Below are positions 13,485 to 28,342 of a stretch of DNA of 64,000 bases, piece by piece. The stretch spans positions 1,240,499 through 1,304,498 of the forward strand of contig JAQGDQ010000020.1 in assembly GCA_030141605.1 (NCBI GenBank). Direction: 5' to 3'. The notes below the pieces were generated by a model. That model saw nothing but the letters and a program-made list of their open reading frames with translations, did not search any database and was not told the origin of the DNA. The translations under genes were made by a program, and so were the position numbers. Source of the stretch: Tubiluchus corallicola (Eukaryota; Animalia; Priapulida). The number at the start of each line of letters is the position of its first letter. The first letter of the stretch is position 1.

Positions 13485-15432
13485 TTAATACTTTCAATAA
13501 AAGCCTAGTAAGGCTTAACACAAACCAATGACGAAATTCCTATCTCTTTATACTTATGAGTGCAGTCGGTTAATATTTAGTATTTAATTTTTTATTTACC
13601 TTTTTTTGTTTAAGCATGGCTATGTTGGGTTCACTAAAACTAGATTGTACTTGAACTCATGTGGAAAAAAAGCAAAAAAGCACGCCAGAAAATCAGAAAA
13701 AAGAACAGAAAAGAAAAAGAAGAACAAAAATGCGTTTTCTTTGTTCACCTGGTTTGACTGTCTAGAGTCACTAATAGCTACGATACAAATGCAAGACAAC
13801 AATAAACTGACTGACTGGCTGATTACAAAAATAAATAAGCGCTGAGAGAAGTAGACAGACAGACAGACAGTCGGATGGACAGACAGGCGGAAGGCAGGCA
13901 GTCAGCCAGACAGACAGAGAGACAAATAAGCAGACAAACAAAACAAAGCAGACAAACATCCATTAAAGACATAATAATATAAGAAGAATAACTACTAATA
14001 TACTTATTAACGATTAACTACTAAAAGAACTAATATACTCTGTAATTTACATAATGCTTTCTGTTCGTGGACCTACCTTGCACGTCCAGACTCACTACCT
14101 ACAAACTGTAGCAAATCCGTTAGGCCTTTCTAACCTACATTCTCCTTATAACAGAACTGTTAAAAAGAAATCTATGAGCAATGTCTGTCAGTTTGCATAA
14201 TCTTTTCCACAATTGTTAAGTAATTTTGTACTATGCATAATGATACGATACGTATGAATGTGCCATATGTACACATTACGAAAATCTTTTGGCCTTAATA
14301 GAGCAGTTACTTGTAAGCTTCAACGGCTGGGTTTATGTCTAAATTTTTGTCGTACATAAACCGGTGAGAATTACTGTAAATGTGACATATGATGGATGTA
14401 AACTTGCTAATTTAATAAATATTTTCTCACTCACTCACCAGGACTAGGAGGTTGGGAGGTATCTATTATATTTCCATTCACATGGTTTGCTTATTTGTGC
14501 TTACATAGACATATATACATTAACATTTATTTGCTTATAGCTGCCACAAATCATACTATTTATGGGCAATATTGATTAATTTGATTCAACAGTACTAATC
14601 AACTTTTAAAAACCATTGTGGCGATACACGATGTATGACCCAGGCGTGGACGGAAGAATGGCAAAATTGCTTCTGTAATTGAAAGGCTAATTAGACTGTA
14701 GTCATGGCAACGGGTAGGGACCAAAGACGAATGCTATGGAATTAGAAATAGTTAATTATGAGTTATAAGTATAATTACATAGTTATTAAAGTGGACGCTT
14801 GAGCAATAACGCAGATATTGAAGTGTTCGTTTGGGCATAAAATCAAATCCCTGCTAGTCATAAGTTCTTAATTTGTAATCGAAATCAAACCAAATCTGTC
14901 GTCAATTTTTCAGGACTAGATCAGGCTATACAGCATGAGGGTGATTCGGGCTGAATTATTAGGCCCTTATATGCAGGAAACGTAGTAGTGTTACTGAACA
15001 AGTAATTGGCTCCTGTGTCCTGAAGCTGATTTGAATATTCCGTGACCGATCTGAAATGCCACATTTCTGAATTGAGATTTTCTACGCATGCGCAACTACA
15101 TAACTGGGCTATAGAACCACAATTAAGTTGTGGTCTATAGTAATAATAATAATAATAAAATGAGTTGATTTGAGAAATTATAGGTCAGATATATAACAAT
15201 ACTTACATCGCGGGGAAGGTGAAGTTGTTAAGATAAGATAACGAGATAAGTCAAAATTTCAATAACAGAGATTCATTGCCAATTTTTCACTATTAAAAGG
15301 AGATTTGTGTTCTAGGAATATATTCGATGACAGTTCATGCAGCTGCAAAAATTCGACTCAGAGCCCCGCCATTATTTTTTTTTAGTGTTCAAACTATGAC
15401 ATGCACAGAACACTATTATTGGATCAGCTCTG

Positions 15433-15472
15433 CAGCAGCATCAGCAGCAGCAGCAGCAGCAACAGCAACAGT

Positions 15473-15541
<69 letters not shown>

Positions 15542-15701
15542 AACGAAAACGACAACAACAACGACAACGACAATGGCGACGACGACAACGACAACGACAA
15601 TAACAGCAACAACAACAACGACAACGACAATGGAGGCGACAACAACGAAAACGAGAACAACGACAACGACAACAACAGCAACAACAACAACAACGACAAC
15701 G

Positions 15702-15751
<50 letters not shown>

Positions 15752-15768
15752 AACAACAACAACAACAA
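15433..15768. repeat. (CAG)n then (CAACGA)n/(CAA)n microsatellite
   Basis: Direct reading. Confidence 0.97.
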
Positions 15769-18700
15769 TATTGAGTGAGTGGTTCTAAATATTAATGAAA
15801 ATTAGGTTTCTTCAAAGACAAAGAGAAGGATGGGATCAAAACATTCGATAAACTTGAAATAAGGTTAATGAGAGCAACTGGCAAATCGGATAGTATGTAA
15901 CTGTTAGGATGGAAGACTTTAACTTATAACACAATACCTTCTGTCATCAAAACGTTTATCAGTATCCATCCTCACAGTAGTGGCAAAACAGTGGTGTTAT
16001 CTTAATCAAGTTATCTTAATTTACATACTATTAACAAATAATAATCTTTCCATCTTTTATATCATCTCATATATGAGCTTCATTCATTACATCATTCCAT
16101 TTTAAGCACTAATGTTTTTTTGTTTTTTTTATCATACGATTCACTTTAAATTTTCAGATTATTTCCATTACTTTTTTCTTTCACAGTGTGGGACAATATA
16201 ACAAGCCCTGCTTTTTGATTGCCCGCAACACATTTACATTCGTATATAGGTGAACAGTGTTTGAGGCTTTTCCTGTGCAGAAACAATAAAAGCTTATTGT
16301 ACCGAGTACGCGATTGTAGTATTATGTGACCCATTTAATTGTGAGTCTACTACACTAAAGGACTGAATTAGTCTATGCTGCCATCTACAGTCGTTGTTTT
16401 ACACTAATTATACAAAGTTTGTCAGAGATTGATTTTTGTTTCTAAATATTATTTCCTTTTGCTTTTATAGATATTCATTAATCAGAGTAATTAGATTGTT
16501 AATTTCATGCTTTAATTCTGGTTCTAACTCTCTTATTCAAGTTTAAATAGAGAAAAATTATAACATTATAACACAGCTTTCTGTAAACCAATAATCTTTG
16601 TTCTGCTATCAAAGAACTCAAGTAGACTTTGATTTTGGTTTGACTAGTAGTCTGTAGAGTATAGGTGACCTTTCCATTTATGGTCTGTATGCATGAATGT
16701 GATGTACCTTCCAATAGGAACTTGTATGTCTGGTCATGTGATTACAGCTTTATTTTCTCAGGCATGCAAGTTTCAGTTGATCTAGAGACAGCATTGAGAA
16801 AGGATGCAAATTTTCTACTTGAAAATATCATATTGTTAACTTTATGACTGTTTGTTCAATTTTGTGATTGAGGTGAACATTGTATACGTTTTACAATAAA
16901 ATGATTGCAAATTTCTACAGCCCGCAACACATTTACATCTATATATAGGTGAACAGTGTGTGAGGCTTTTCCTGTGCAGAAGCAATAAAAAACTTATTTG
17001 TATTACGTTTATTGTAGGCCCTTTCACTATATATTGTACATGAAACTATTGTAAATGTGTAATGTGAAATAAATGACTTACTTAGCATAATAATTAGGAT
17101 AAGATAACATCAACTTCCATTTTAACAGCAATAAAACTCTGAGGTTATGTCACCAACCTGAAACACATTAATTTTAGTGCAATTTTACTCGGCAGTTTGT
17201 CGATTTTAGTAACTTTCATTTAAATTGTAAATTCTGACTGATTGTTACCAGGTGGTGAATGCAACGCATCTTATGGAAAAAATTTTTGACTAATCCAGAT
17301 ATCTATATTATTATCGTTTATTGACCATAAATGTTTTTGTAAGTAATACAATCAATGTGAAGTAGAAAACATACGTAAGTTTATCAAAGTATGCGAAGCG
17401 TACTAAATAACATAATATTACGTAACGAGCTTTTACAATTGTTACAGCCGATGATACTTACTCGAATCATAATTTCATTTTTCCTAGACCTTACTAAACT
17501 AGTTTATATTTTATTTTTGAATTTCTAGTTGCACTTATAGTTTAGCTTGCACCAGGCGCATTTGCCCAGAACAGTGTATGTTTTTATATGAACTAACACT
17601 GATTGTCTGTCTTTTATTATGATGGTCAATGTTTTTAAAATGGCAAATAAAGATTTTACTACTACTACTACTACTACCACCACTACCACTACCACTACCA
17701 CTACCACTACCACTACCACTACCACTACCACTACTACAGACAATGAACAATTTACTTAATAACGCATGGGAAGATATCACCTGATTCAAGTGGAGTAGCC
17801 TAGGCTCTGCATAAAAAAGATGAGCTCGAGTCAAGTACTATAATGTTATCGAATATAGTTTACTTAACTAGCAGATAGGGGGCGTGCGAACAGCACATGG
17901 TGTTCGATCTTGAATACTAAGACCCACACTCACCCGACCCTTCTCTCTCGTGGAATTCTCGACCACCTTCCTGTTTCTGCCTTCAACCTGTGTGAAGACA
18001 GCACTCGATCAGAACATGTATATCGCCTATGCTGTGCAGGTGCTGCCGCCTGTCGGCTGCCGCAGGAAGTTTTACCATGGCCTTGTATATGCGTGTTTTA
18101 TTGGCAAAATATCGATTACCAGCATACACACGTACATATAAAACACAACTACGCAGAGATATAAATTTTAGTATTTCATTTGGTATTCATTTATCATGGA
18201 TTGTATTGAGGGCCCTCAACATGTATAATATACTCGGCCCAGGCACTTGCACGTATCTTACACACTAACACAGTAGGCTATTGATTTATTACTCGGCCAT
18301 TGTTGACATCATTTACTCTGGAAGATCTTAATATTTTATGGTCGACTTGTACGACAGGTACTAATGGGGGAAAATTCAGGCACATCAGCATCCGGGTATA
18401 TTTGGGGCTGTTTCAAAGCAGGGGTAAAACGCACATAGCGGGTTTATCTAGTGAACTGCTTATTTCTTACATTCAGTTAAGAAACGGTATGGCAAATGTT
18501 AAGTATGTAATGTGTTTGGGCTTTAAAAACCAAATTCGAAGCTCGATTAAATTTTGCTCTTTCTTTGCTCTTTATTTGCCAAAACATGTCATTCCATCTA
18601 AACATAAGAAATTAGTGCCAAAAAATAACAAATAAACAAATAAACAAAAAATAACAATAGCCAAAAGTCAATTTTACATAATTAAGAGTTCTACACTGCA

Positions 18701-19632
18701 CTGTCGTATTAATTAATACCTAGCTGTTATTTTAAACTAAATTTAAGTTTTTTTAAAGTAATTAGAGGATATACATACGTTATTAGCCCCAAATCATGAG
18801 CAATTGTAAACAGATAACGACAATATCTTACTAACTTATCATAACACGTCTTCACTTCACAGTAGGCCTCTGACCCAGATCAAATTGATCACGTGATTAG
18901 GCCAAAAATCACCACAAGGTGGCCAAAGCCGACAACAAGCGAAGGCCGCCAAGCACGCCAATGCGAGATTTCCAGTACATAAAGTTTTCAAAAAGAAAAA
19001 TCGCCATAAATTGTCTACTTTTACCCATAATGTACAGTTTTTGCCTCTTTGGCTTCAGCAATCACCCAAGTCGGTGGGACTGGGGCCTGGTCGGACCTCT
19101 TCCCAAATTACAATCAAAGTCCGAACACATGTGTGGCGATGGAAAGACTAGAAAACCAGCCAAAATCTTTGGGCTATATAAACAACCATTGCGAACACTA
19201 ACAGTGCGAGATTTCACAGCTTTGTAGAAACTTCGGATCTGCTATATCAATAATTGACATTTAAGCTTAGAGAAATAAACAGGCGACTCGGAGTTTGCGG
19301 GAAAAACAACATACATTTGCAACTTAGCCGTTACCTAATATCACAATTATGCACAATAAATGGTTATCGAACGCTGGAGTAAACAGGCAACTTTAAGAAT
19401 GTTTACGTAGCCGTCATTGCAGGGAATAAGACGATGCAGACAGGTGTTACTTCTTCTTTCTATCATTTCTTTCTACTGCTGTCTCTTTTAAACTAAATTT
19501 CACAAAGGTTTATGTAATCATTGAAAGAGGAAGAATGGAGAATTTAAAGTACCTCTAAAAACTTTCCGAGGAAATATGTGTTACTTAGCCTACCTGTTTG
19601 GAAGACTTACGTAACTGGGAAAGAAAATTGTA

Positions 19633-20102
19633 CAGGTTTTACACGTCAAATGTAGATTTAGGTAATTCAAATGTGTTAACAATGGTCTTCAACAAATTTA
19701 AGCGTTTTTGGTAAGTCAATTGTAGACACATGTCAAGTCAAATGTGACATTGGTATCTCAAATGTGGATAGGTAGTAAAGCTTAAGGATGTTAAATTTAA
19801 TCTTCTTTAATTTCAATTTAATAATTGCTCTTAAGTTAAAATAACAACGTTATAGGTTCACTAATATTCTGCAAACTTTACATACCATTGGAACTGTTAG
19901 AGAAAACAATGCATTCTTAAAATAAACAATGTTTCTTGAGAGAAACTAATTCATTAATGCAGTGCTAATTTCTATGTCTACATTTGACTTACCTAAGTAA
20001 CATTTAAGTTACCAAAACACATTTGAAATTCCTAAGTCTACATTTGAGTTACCTAAGTCACTTTTGAACTTTCCTGTGTCTACATTTGACGTGTAAAACC
20101 TA
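19633..20102 (-). mobile_element. TA-flanked MITE family B
   Basis: TIR aggttttacacgtcaaatgtaga at both ends; subterminal about 21-bp repeats (tacctaagtctacatttga); inverted relative to the other two copies. Confidence 0.85.
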
Positions 20103-21849
20103 TATAAATTTACAAAGTACGTGCCAGTTGGTAAAACGTCACTGGCTCATTATCCGTGTGTACACCAAAAAACGTCACTGATTCACCAGAAAATCGTATT
20201 ACTAAATTGATTGTATGTACATAGCCATTGAAATTAAAAACACCAACCTGGTTTGGAAATTAGATGGGCGACTGCCCAAAAAATCAGTTCAAGTGCCATT
20301 TATTACCTGCTAGTGATTTACCAGTGAAGACAAACACATACACTTACAAACATCCGTCAATTCAGTGCCTCATCTTCTGAATATTATTCATAAATAGCTA
20401 GATTTCGGTCCCGCCATACAATCTATGTTAAGTAAGCTCTGTCATCGACTTTTCGTTACTTTTGTTGGTAAGAAAGCGCAATTTAATTAAATGCATCAAT
20501 ATATGGATGTGGCTTTTAACATTATCGTTGCTGTTTTTCTTCAAGTTCAAGGACACAGATTAGCTCAAGTTTTCAAGAGAACTAACACCCCAACAGAAGC
20601 ATGTCATAACCGACCAGCTTAAGTATTCAAGATAATTAACTCCCCAACAGAAGCATGTCATAACCGACCAGCTTAAGTATTCAAGATAACTAACTCCCCA
20701 ACAAAAGCACGTCATACTTCTTTGTGGTGGAAAATGTAAAAATGCAAAAAATGTTCGTTGATGCGTCACTTATTTACAAAATCCCGACCTGGCCGTCTTT
20801 AACTTCTCCCCGAAGTCGACCATATCCTCGAGGATTCATCTAAATATTCACAGCGGTTGTCCAAAAAGCGATGAAAATGATAGCGTCATTACACAGATGG
20901 ACCAGTAACGTGAACCAGAAGTGTATGCCGCCATGATTGACACGGGTTTTGTTAACTCAAGTTCAACTGTTTACAACACTAATGGAATCAAGCCGCTGAA
21001 ACCCTATTATACGCACTGACCCGGGATTTAGTTTGGTATTTTGTTGCCGGGTATAATGAGAAGTGCTGGCGTACGATTACAGTTCTACATGTGTGTTTCA
21101 CCGACCCCAACTGCATAGGTAAACTCCAATCATTTGCACACATACGGAGTTCTTAACCATGCTCAGCTTCTGTACGATTTGGCGCATATGTGGCACAGTA
21201 TGACTGTTGTATACTTGCAGCTCAACAATCAGCGTTAAGGCGTGATCATATTCTTCTTTGCAAATGTTTCAAAGAGAATGTAATGCTATTTAATTTGGTT
21301 ATTAACTGTGTTGTCGCGAAGTTCGTCTTAATTACTTCGCGTTGATTAACTTGACTTTTAAATATTACATTGTCTTCTTGCTCATTTCTTCATCACATTC
21401 CCTCCTTTTTTAGGCTTGTTACAGCATTGATATAGCTTAAATTTCCCTCTACTCTTACTGTACTTATTTGCTTCTGAATGACCTTTTACATTAATAGTGT
21501 TCTAGTTTTCTGTATTTAAGCTGTGTAAGACAAGTCTACCTTGAACATTTAGACCTGTGGGCTAGCCAGGCTAATTGTTCCGCTGTTTTAGTATAGTGGT
21601 ATTTGAGTATTGATAATTATCTTATTTGATTCTGTGATTGTACCTGATAGTATAGATGTTATAATATAATTCCTCGTGACTTGTTAATGATTGTTTTTTT
21701 TATTATTTGATTGAAAAAGCTAACAGGCTTAGTAATTGTGGGCAAAGTTTAATTCAGTAACAGTTCTCCCACCTATTTCATTGCCCACAAACTGATTAAT
21801 AATTACACTTCACGGTCAAATATTTACTGCGACAGATGAAAACTAATAA

Positions 21850-22080
21850 ACCATATTAATTAAATCATAACTTTTTTCATGTTTTTGTGCATAGTTGTAA
21901 ATATGTTTGATTTTATTCGTCGTTACTTTCCATTACTGCACAGTAGTTTAGATTGCACTGATGCATTTGCCTTTAGCAGTGTAAGTTTTTATTAACTAAC
22001 ACTGATTGATCATCTCTGTAAAGTTTTTATCAGTGATTTTCAATGTATTTTAATGGCAAATAAAGATTATTATTGTTATT
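21850..22080 (+). repeat. LINE 3' UTR copy (family C)
   Basis: About 215-bp near-identical inverted copy at 23518-23730; ends aatggcaaataaag + (TTA)n; more diverged relative at 17525-17655. Confidence 0.8.
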
Positions 22081-22489
22081 AATTATGAAAACTAATAAGC
22101 TTAATTCCGAAAGGAGACGGAGTGACATTATTTAAATGTTCGGAAATCTGCCGACGCATCCTTGATGAATCCGCAGATTTCCGAACATTTACGTAACGAA
22201 AATAAAACGTATGAGCTGAACACAGCCAAGAATGACCTTGTCATAGAAGCAAAAGAAAACACAAGAAGACTTGCGGTTAATATTGTTGAAAAAACTTGTA
22301 AGTATCAGAAGATCTTTCCATCTGGAGATAGCTACTGTGAAATGGCTAATCGATTTGGATCCTTTTTCAGTGAAAGGATTGAGAATATTAAGGAGAACAA
22401 GTTACCAATATTCAACTTCTGGAACATAATACCGACTGTTGGTAGAAATTTATCACAGATATTTTAAATCATCCAGGATTCTCACAGAT

Positions 22490-23300
22490 TTGGAGGCTAA
22501 AAGTACAGAGTCCATTAGGCCTTCGAAAAAAATCCTTCAGTTTCGCTGGCTGTCTTTCAAATAAAATAACTTTACTAATTATCAATACGAATTATGCATG
22601 TGGCATTTTCATTGACATGTCAAAACCCTTTAACACTATTAATTCATGTAATTCTTCTTGAAAAGATAAAATACTGTTGCACTGCCCATTGTATCAACTA
22701 GCTAGGGTTGTTATGTTTGATAAATTAAGTGAAATACTTCTGCCCGAAAACCTTAACATAGCTGCCTTAGGAAATAATGATCTGTTGAAGTTGTTATTAT
22801 TCGGAAAAGATGAATTTAACTATGTTGTTAACTGTAAAATATTCCAATGTATACATGACTTTATATTACGTACTAAACGCTTCCAGTAGTTTCTATTTGA
22901 TATGAAATACACCAGTCTTAAATATTCGTACATTAATATTTTCTAACCCTCATTTTCTACTAATGTCTAATGTATTCTTGTAGTAAACCTTGTCAGCTTG
23001 TGTAGTTATAGTCTATTCTTACTGTAAATGTTCTTGTAAATAGTGTATAAAGTCTGTTGTGGTGAAGATCCTAAACCATGTTATTCAAACTGTCTGATCC
23101 AATCCTAAATAAATTATGTTTAAACTGAAAGATAAAATATGGGATCATGGCAGTTTCTCAATTCTGGTTCAAAGGCTATTTCACTAGACGGAGTTAGCAC
23201 GTTAAAGTAGATGGGCGTAAATCCCTTTTAAAGCAGTTGGTCTCCCTCAGGAATCAGCACTGAATCCACTTCTATTTCCTTTATACATAAATTATTATGT
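22490..23300 (+). mobile_element. Degenerate LINE RT fragment interrupted by a nested LINE 3' end (22674-23127)
   Basis: Host reads ACGIFIDMSKPFNTIN..ILLEKIK | YG..WFKGY..PLLF; insert encodes LLHCPLY...IHDFILRTKRFQ* plus 3' UTR; 12-bp TSD aaagataaaata. Confidence 0.8.
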
Positions 23301-23517
23301 CTACCGATCTTTAGTAACTGACTTTCGTTTCGCGCTTTTGTGTGGATATTTGGGAACCTCAATACTTGATAACAGAGATACTCATTAACAAGGACAATTA
23401 GTAATAGGGATTCAGAAACTTGTCAAGACATTGACTCACAGCATAATTGCGAGTGGGGTTCATATACCCTGCTGTATGCAATTCTGTCCTGTTATATATA
23501 TATATATATATATATAA

Positions 23518-23960
23518 CTTTATTTGCCATTAAAATATATTGATAATCACTGATAAAAACTTTACAGAGATGATCAATCAGTGTTAGTTAATAAAAACTT
23601 ATACTGCTAAAGGCAAATGCGTCAGTGCAATCTAAACTACTTTGCAGTAATGGAGAGTAACAACGAATAAAATCAAACATATTTACAACTATGCACAAAA
23701 AATGAAAAATTATGATTTAATTAATATGGTCGTGGATATGTAAATTCTGAATTAGTGTGTATGTTTTCGTACTGGTGTGATGGTATTTCATATCTGCTTA
23801 ATATTAGTGATTTTAATTTTGTTTTAAATGCTGATAGGGACTTGATTTGTTTAACCTGTTAAGGTAGAGAATTCCAAAGTAGAATTGCTTGCTTGATTAC
23901 AGAGTTCGTTCCATGGTGGGTATTTGTCCTAATTTGTTTTAGATTGCTTGTTGTTCAGAT
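23518..23960 (-). mobile_element. LINE (CR1/L2-like) 3' end, family C
   Basis: Minus strand AILLWNSLP*QVKQIKSLSAFKTKLK followed by the same 3' UTR as 21850-22080. Confidence 0.75.
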
Positions 23961-25479
23961 TGCTAGATTGCTGGTTCAAGTAGTAACTATAAAAATAGCC
24001 TCGCCTCTTCATACTTTTCAAAGCTTGAACAAGGTAAATGACAGTAAAAAACTTGTAATGTTATACGCAACCAGAAGCAGAAGAGAAAAGACACGATGCT
24101 ACAGACATCAAATTACGGGTGGTGCATAGATTTACTACAAGTTTTGCTATCGAATTTCTCAAAACACTTGTTTTAGTGTGATTGATTAACGTCTGCGCGT
24201 CCCGTAAAACATGGTTGTCATGCGTCCACCCATATCCAGACAGTCATCAAAACAGCTGCTGCATGTAAACCGCCCAGATGGATTCACAATCTTACAGCGT
24301 GTTTATGTACTTGACGTAACTAGAGTAAGAGGATACGCCATGATGCCCGACTAAAAAGCTTTCTCGCTTTAATATTTAGTTCAATTTACATTTGCACCAC
24401 TCAACATATAAACATTTTAGAGCAGTATGGATACCCCCATATGCCGCCAACGTCAAAAGCGCCGCGTGTAAACTAGTAGGGATTACTTCGAAGAGGCGAA
24501 TCTAGCAACGCTATGACAAACACTTCAGAGAAACGTGTTCCCTTTCAAACAAAATTGCAGTTCACGCGTAAAAAACCATGTAGAACCATTTAAGTACAAG
24601 TTGCAGGTACCAGCAGCAAGGTAATCATCTTACCTACAAATATTGCTGTTGTTAAATACGTGTTGTCAGTGTAGATGTGCCTTAAGGCCAGCATTCCAAG
24701 CAACGTCGAGCATTGTATGGCTTCACGAGCATGGAGTGCATTGCAGAAACATCGTGTAGGTTTACATTCGATGGGATTTACTAGGAGCAGAAAGCTAAAG
24801 GGTGGTCTTGGGTATCTATGGAGACGTGATTAATACTGAAACTTTACAGTGTCGTTTTTGTTTTGAACGAAATTTAGTTACAAAATGTGGCAAATGACTT
24901 CAACAACAATTGAAACAAATATATATAAAATTTAATGAGTACTTCAACAACAATTGGAAAAAAATATATATAAAATTTAAAACCGCGTTGTAAGTTGAAC
25001 CTTTTTTAGCAAAAGGGTAACCGGACAGAATTATTTTGTCAAAAAAATTCCAAAAAGCAAGAAATTCTATTTGACCTAAGCTCTAACATAATAGACAAGT
25101 TATCTCGCTATGAGGTTTCAACAAATTAATTGAGAGCCTTCCCTTTAGCCTGATTCTTTTTAACGCACTCCGGACACTTATACCCTCTTGCCGTTTTCAA
25201 CTCAAAATGTGAAGCTCAGAACCTCCACGAAATCATGAAAAGATTAACAGCCAAGTGGTCACGATACGTGCTCAGTTTGTTTTAGTAAAGTGAAGTTCCT
25301 TCTGCCAAACTGTCTCAAAGTATGTATGTACTCCTGAATTACTAGGGCACTTCCGTATCTCTCATCTCCGGGAATTATTTTTGTTTATCCATTAATAAGT
25401 AAGATTTCGGAGCGCGCATAATCGTTAAACATAATAAGAGGAACCATTTTGCTGAGTACCAGACATCGCCAATAATACT

Positions 25480-26250
25480 TATGGAAAACTACACAACTTG
25501 GTCCATCTTTTACAGAAACTCGAACATCTTTTGCTTGTTAAACATTGCGTACATCGCTTGTTAATAAAAAATCCCGTTAAGAGAGCAAACTTTACAAAGT
25601 TGCTCTTTACATAAGCTCACACAACCTCCTTATTGAGAAAGGCCGACACACCAAACCTAAAATCCCTCTTAACAACAGACTATGTCATATTTGTAAAGAT
25701 CAAAAAATTGATGACAAAAAGCATTTAATTCTTGAATGTAACTATTATAATGATTTAAGATAAAGCCTGTTTTCTCATGTCAATGAAATTTTCCCAAACT
25801 TTTTTAATCTTGCGGTCCAGGAAAACTTTATGTTTCTGATGAATGGAAATGAAAGCGAACTTGCCAATTTAATTTGAAACTATTTTTAAACAGACTGTTT
25901 TAAAATAAGAAAATAATATCTTAGTCGCAGAAAATCGTCTACTGACATTTTGAGTAACATCAGATAAGCAAAACAAAACGTATCAATGCTTGTATTACAT
26001 GACCTTACCTCAGCTTTTGACATCATTATCTTAACTCCAATTTTAAGATTAATTGTACAGTCTTACAACGGATAGCTTTGTACATATCTTGATTATTATG
26101 GCAAACGATTATTTGCCACTTAGGCTTTCATTAAACTAAGGCTGCCTACAAGGAAATTGTCTGGGTCCCCTTTGTTACTCCATATTTGTTAGTTCACTGT
26201 TTGGTGTAATTAGAAAACACTGTCATGTGCTGATAGATCGCTAGCTAATA
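25480..26250 (+). mobile_element. Degenerate LINE fragments (C-terminal zinc-knuckle region, then RT remnants)
   Basis: ISSHNLLIEKGRH..RLCHICKDQKIDDKKHLILECNYYNDLR; a related copy at about 39520-39800. Confidence 0.7.
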
Positions 26251-26681
26251 TTTCCATTTTCTTTGTATTTTTGCGTAACCTATGACGTTGCTGTTGAAAT
26301 AAGGAATAAACTGAATCTGGTCTTTTATATTGTAACTTTAGTCTGTAACTAACAAACATAATTCAAATAAAAAATTGATTGCGAATGTGAACTGGAGTAA
26401 CAAAACCAAAAGCGAAGTAAATAAAAGCGAGTGATTATCCCTAACAACGCCTTTTCTCGCATTTCAAAACACTCTTCCTACACGCACGCTGTTCAAACAT
26501 TAGGTTACCGTGTTGGGCGTGTGTTAATCGTGCATCTGTCCCTGTCAAATTTTGATTTCCTCTACCATTTGTCTCAAACGTCCAAGGAGAATATTTCTAT
26601 TACATCCCAATTAGTTGGTCAAACACGTGTAAAAACTTGTATATATGTGGCTTACATGTATGGGTGGAAAACAGTCGTCAT

Positions 26682-26883
26682 CAGGGCCTATTTCGGGGGG
26701 GGCGGAGTGGGGGTATTTCCCCGGGGCCTCACCCTCCAAGGGTGCCTCGCGCCGAGGTAACATTTTTTTTGCTTTCGCGAACATGCTGTATAACTCCATA
26801 TTGTCTCTTCGAAAACCCTTGAACAAAGGGGACCTCACACGCCCAACTTCCCCCGGGCCTAGCTTAGGCTGAAATAGGCCCTA
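26682..26883. mobile_element. hAT-type MITE (202 bp, GC-rich)
   Basis: TIR cagggcctatttc / gaaataggcccta; 8-bp TSD gtcgtcat / gtcgtaat. Confidence 0.85.
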
Positions 26884-27414
26884 GTCGTAATGTGAATGTG
26901 TTGATGTCCAAACAGAAGAGCACGTTTGAATCACTTGCCCGAAAACCGAAATCTTAGAAATGAGGTCTCGAACGTAATTTTTTCTAATATTGTAGATGTA
27001 TTTGAAAACGAACCCACGTTTACATTTGTTATGATGTAATGAAATCATTTACGGATTGAGCAATGTTACTTTGAGTCTAGACCACTGTCTGTCGTCAAGC
27101 GATACTTGATCACTCATAAAGTTTCTACCAAAATATGATTAGAGTTTTTTTCGCAGACTGTTATCTATAGTATTGTATTTTTTTATGACATAGTAATACA
27201 TAGGCATAGAATTGGTGTACTTAACTAAAGAGCACATTGCATTTATTTTGTCTTTGTTGTTCTTGATGTGTCATTTTGGTAACGTCTTTTTGGATTATAG
27301 TTTTTTATGTCACCCAATATTATAGTGTATGTGTCTCGAATTATGTAGAATTATGTATCAATAAACTAATAAACTAATAAACTAGCTACGTATATATATA
27401 TATATTATGTAATT

Positions 27415-27748
27415 ATATTATATTGTATTGTATTGTATTGTATTGTATTGTATTGTATTGTATTGTATTGTATTGTATTGTATTGTACTGTACTGTACTG
27501 TACTGTACTGTACTGCACTGCACTGTACTGTACTGCACTGCACTGCACTGCACTGCACTGCACTGCACTGCACTGCACTGCACTGCACTGCACTGCACTG
27601 CACTGCACTGCACTGCACTGCACTACACTACACTACACTACACTACACTACACTACACTACATTACATTACATTACATTACATTACATTACATTACATTA
27701 CATTACATTACATTATATTATATTATATTATGTTATATTATATTATAC
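27415..27748. repeat. Compound pentanucleotide microsatellite
   Basis: Blocks of TATTG, TACTG, CACTG, CACTA, CATTA, TATTA in order. Confidence 0.98.
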
Positions 27749-28342
27749 TATATGTATATTATATATACATACATATATATATACATAATATAATAGTCTT
27801 GGGTAACGGTTTATAAAATCGACAAAACGACAGGATTTCGAATAGAAAATGGAAGATGTCAGACATTTTTTACTTTCTTGTACATTGCGTAAATTTTTTA
27901 CATTTTATTCGTGTTTCAAATGCCCCACCCATCACAGGGATGTACAACTCGACTCCTCTTCTGACAATATTTCACGTGTAGCAGCCCTACGGTTAGCAAT
28001 AGAAGGCGCATTTCGTGTAGAACTCCAAAGCTCTTATTTCATTGGTGTAAGTAATACAAGAATGATATCCCATCTTACCAAAACCGGGCGTTAATTTTTC
28101 AACAAGGAGATTCGACTACGACCGGCTGTGAACGGGCCACACACACTGACAATATCAATTACATCGCTAGAGATTTGAGCTTGGAGAAACGTATCAACCG
28201 ACTTATTGGTTATTGTTCATAAACGCGTGCAATAGGAAAATGAAATTTTCTAAAAAATATTATTAACTAGTCCCAAAAAACTAACCACCTGATCCTTTTC
28301 ATATTTTAATTTTGCAGCGTCGTTAAAAAAAGTGCTGTGATT

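Noticed and set aside
17868-17886. CTCF-like site agcagatagggggcg
   Set aside because: Spacing departs from the consensus; a single weak match is expected by chance.
27405-27816. Cys/His-rich 'CTALH' repeat proteins
   Set aside because: Artefact of the pentanucleotide array, open in several frames on both strands.
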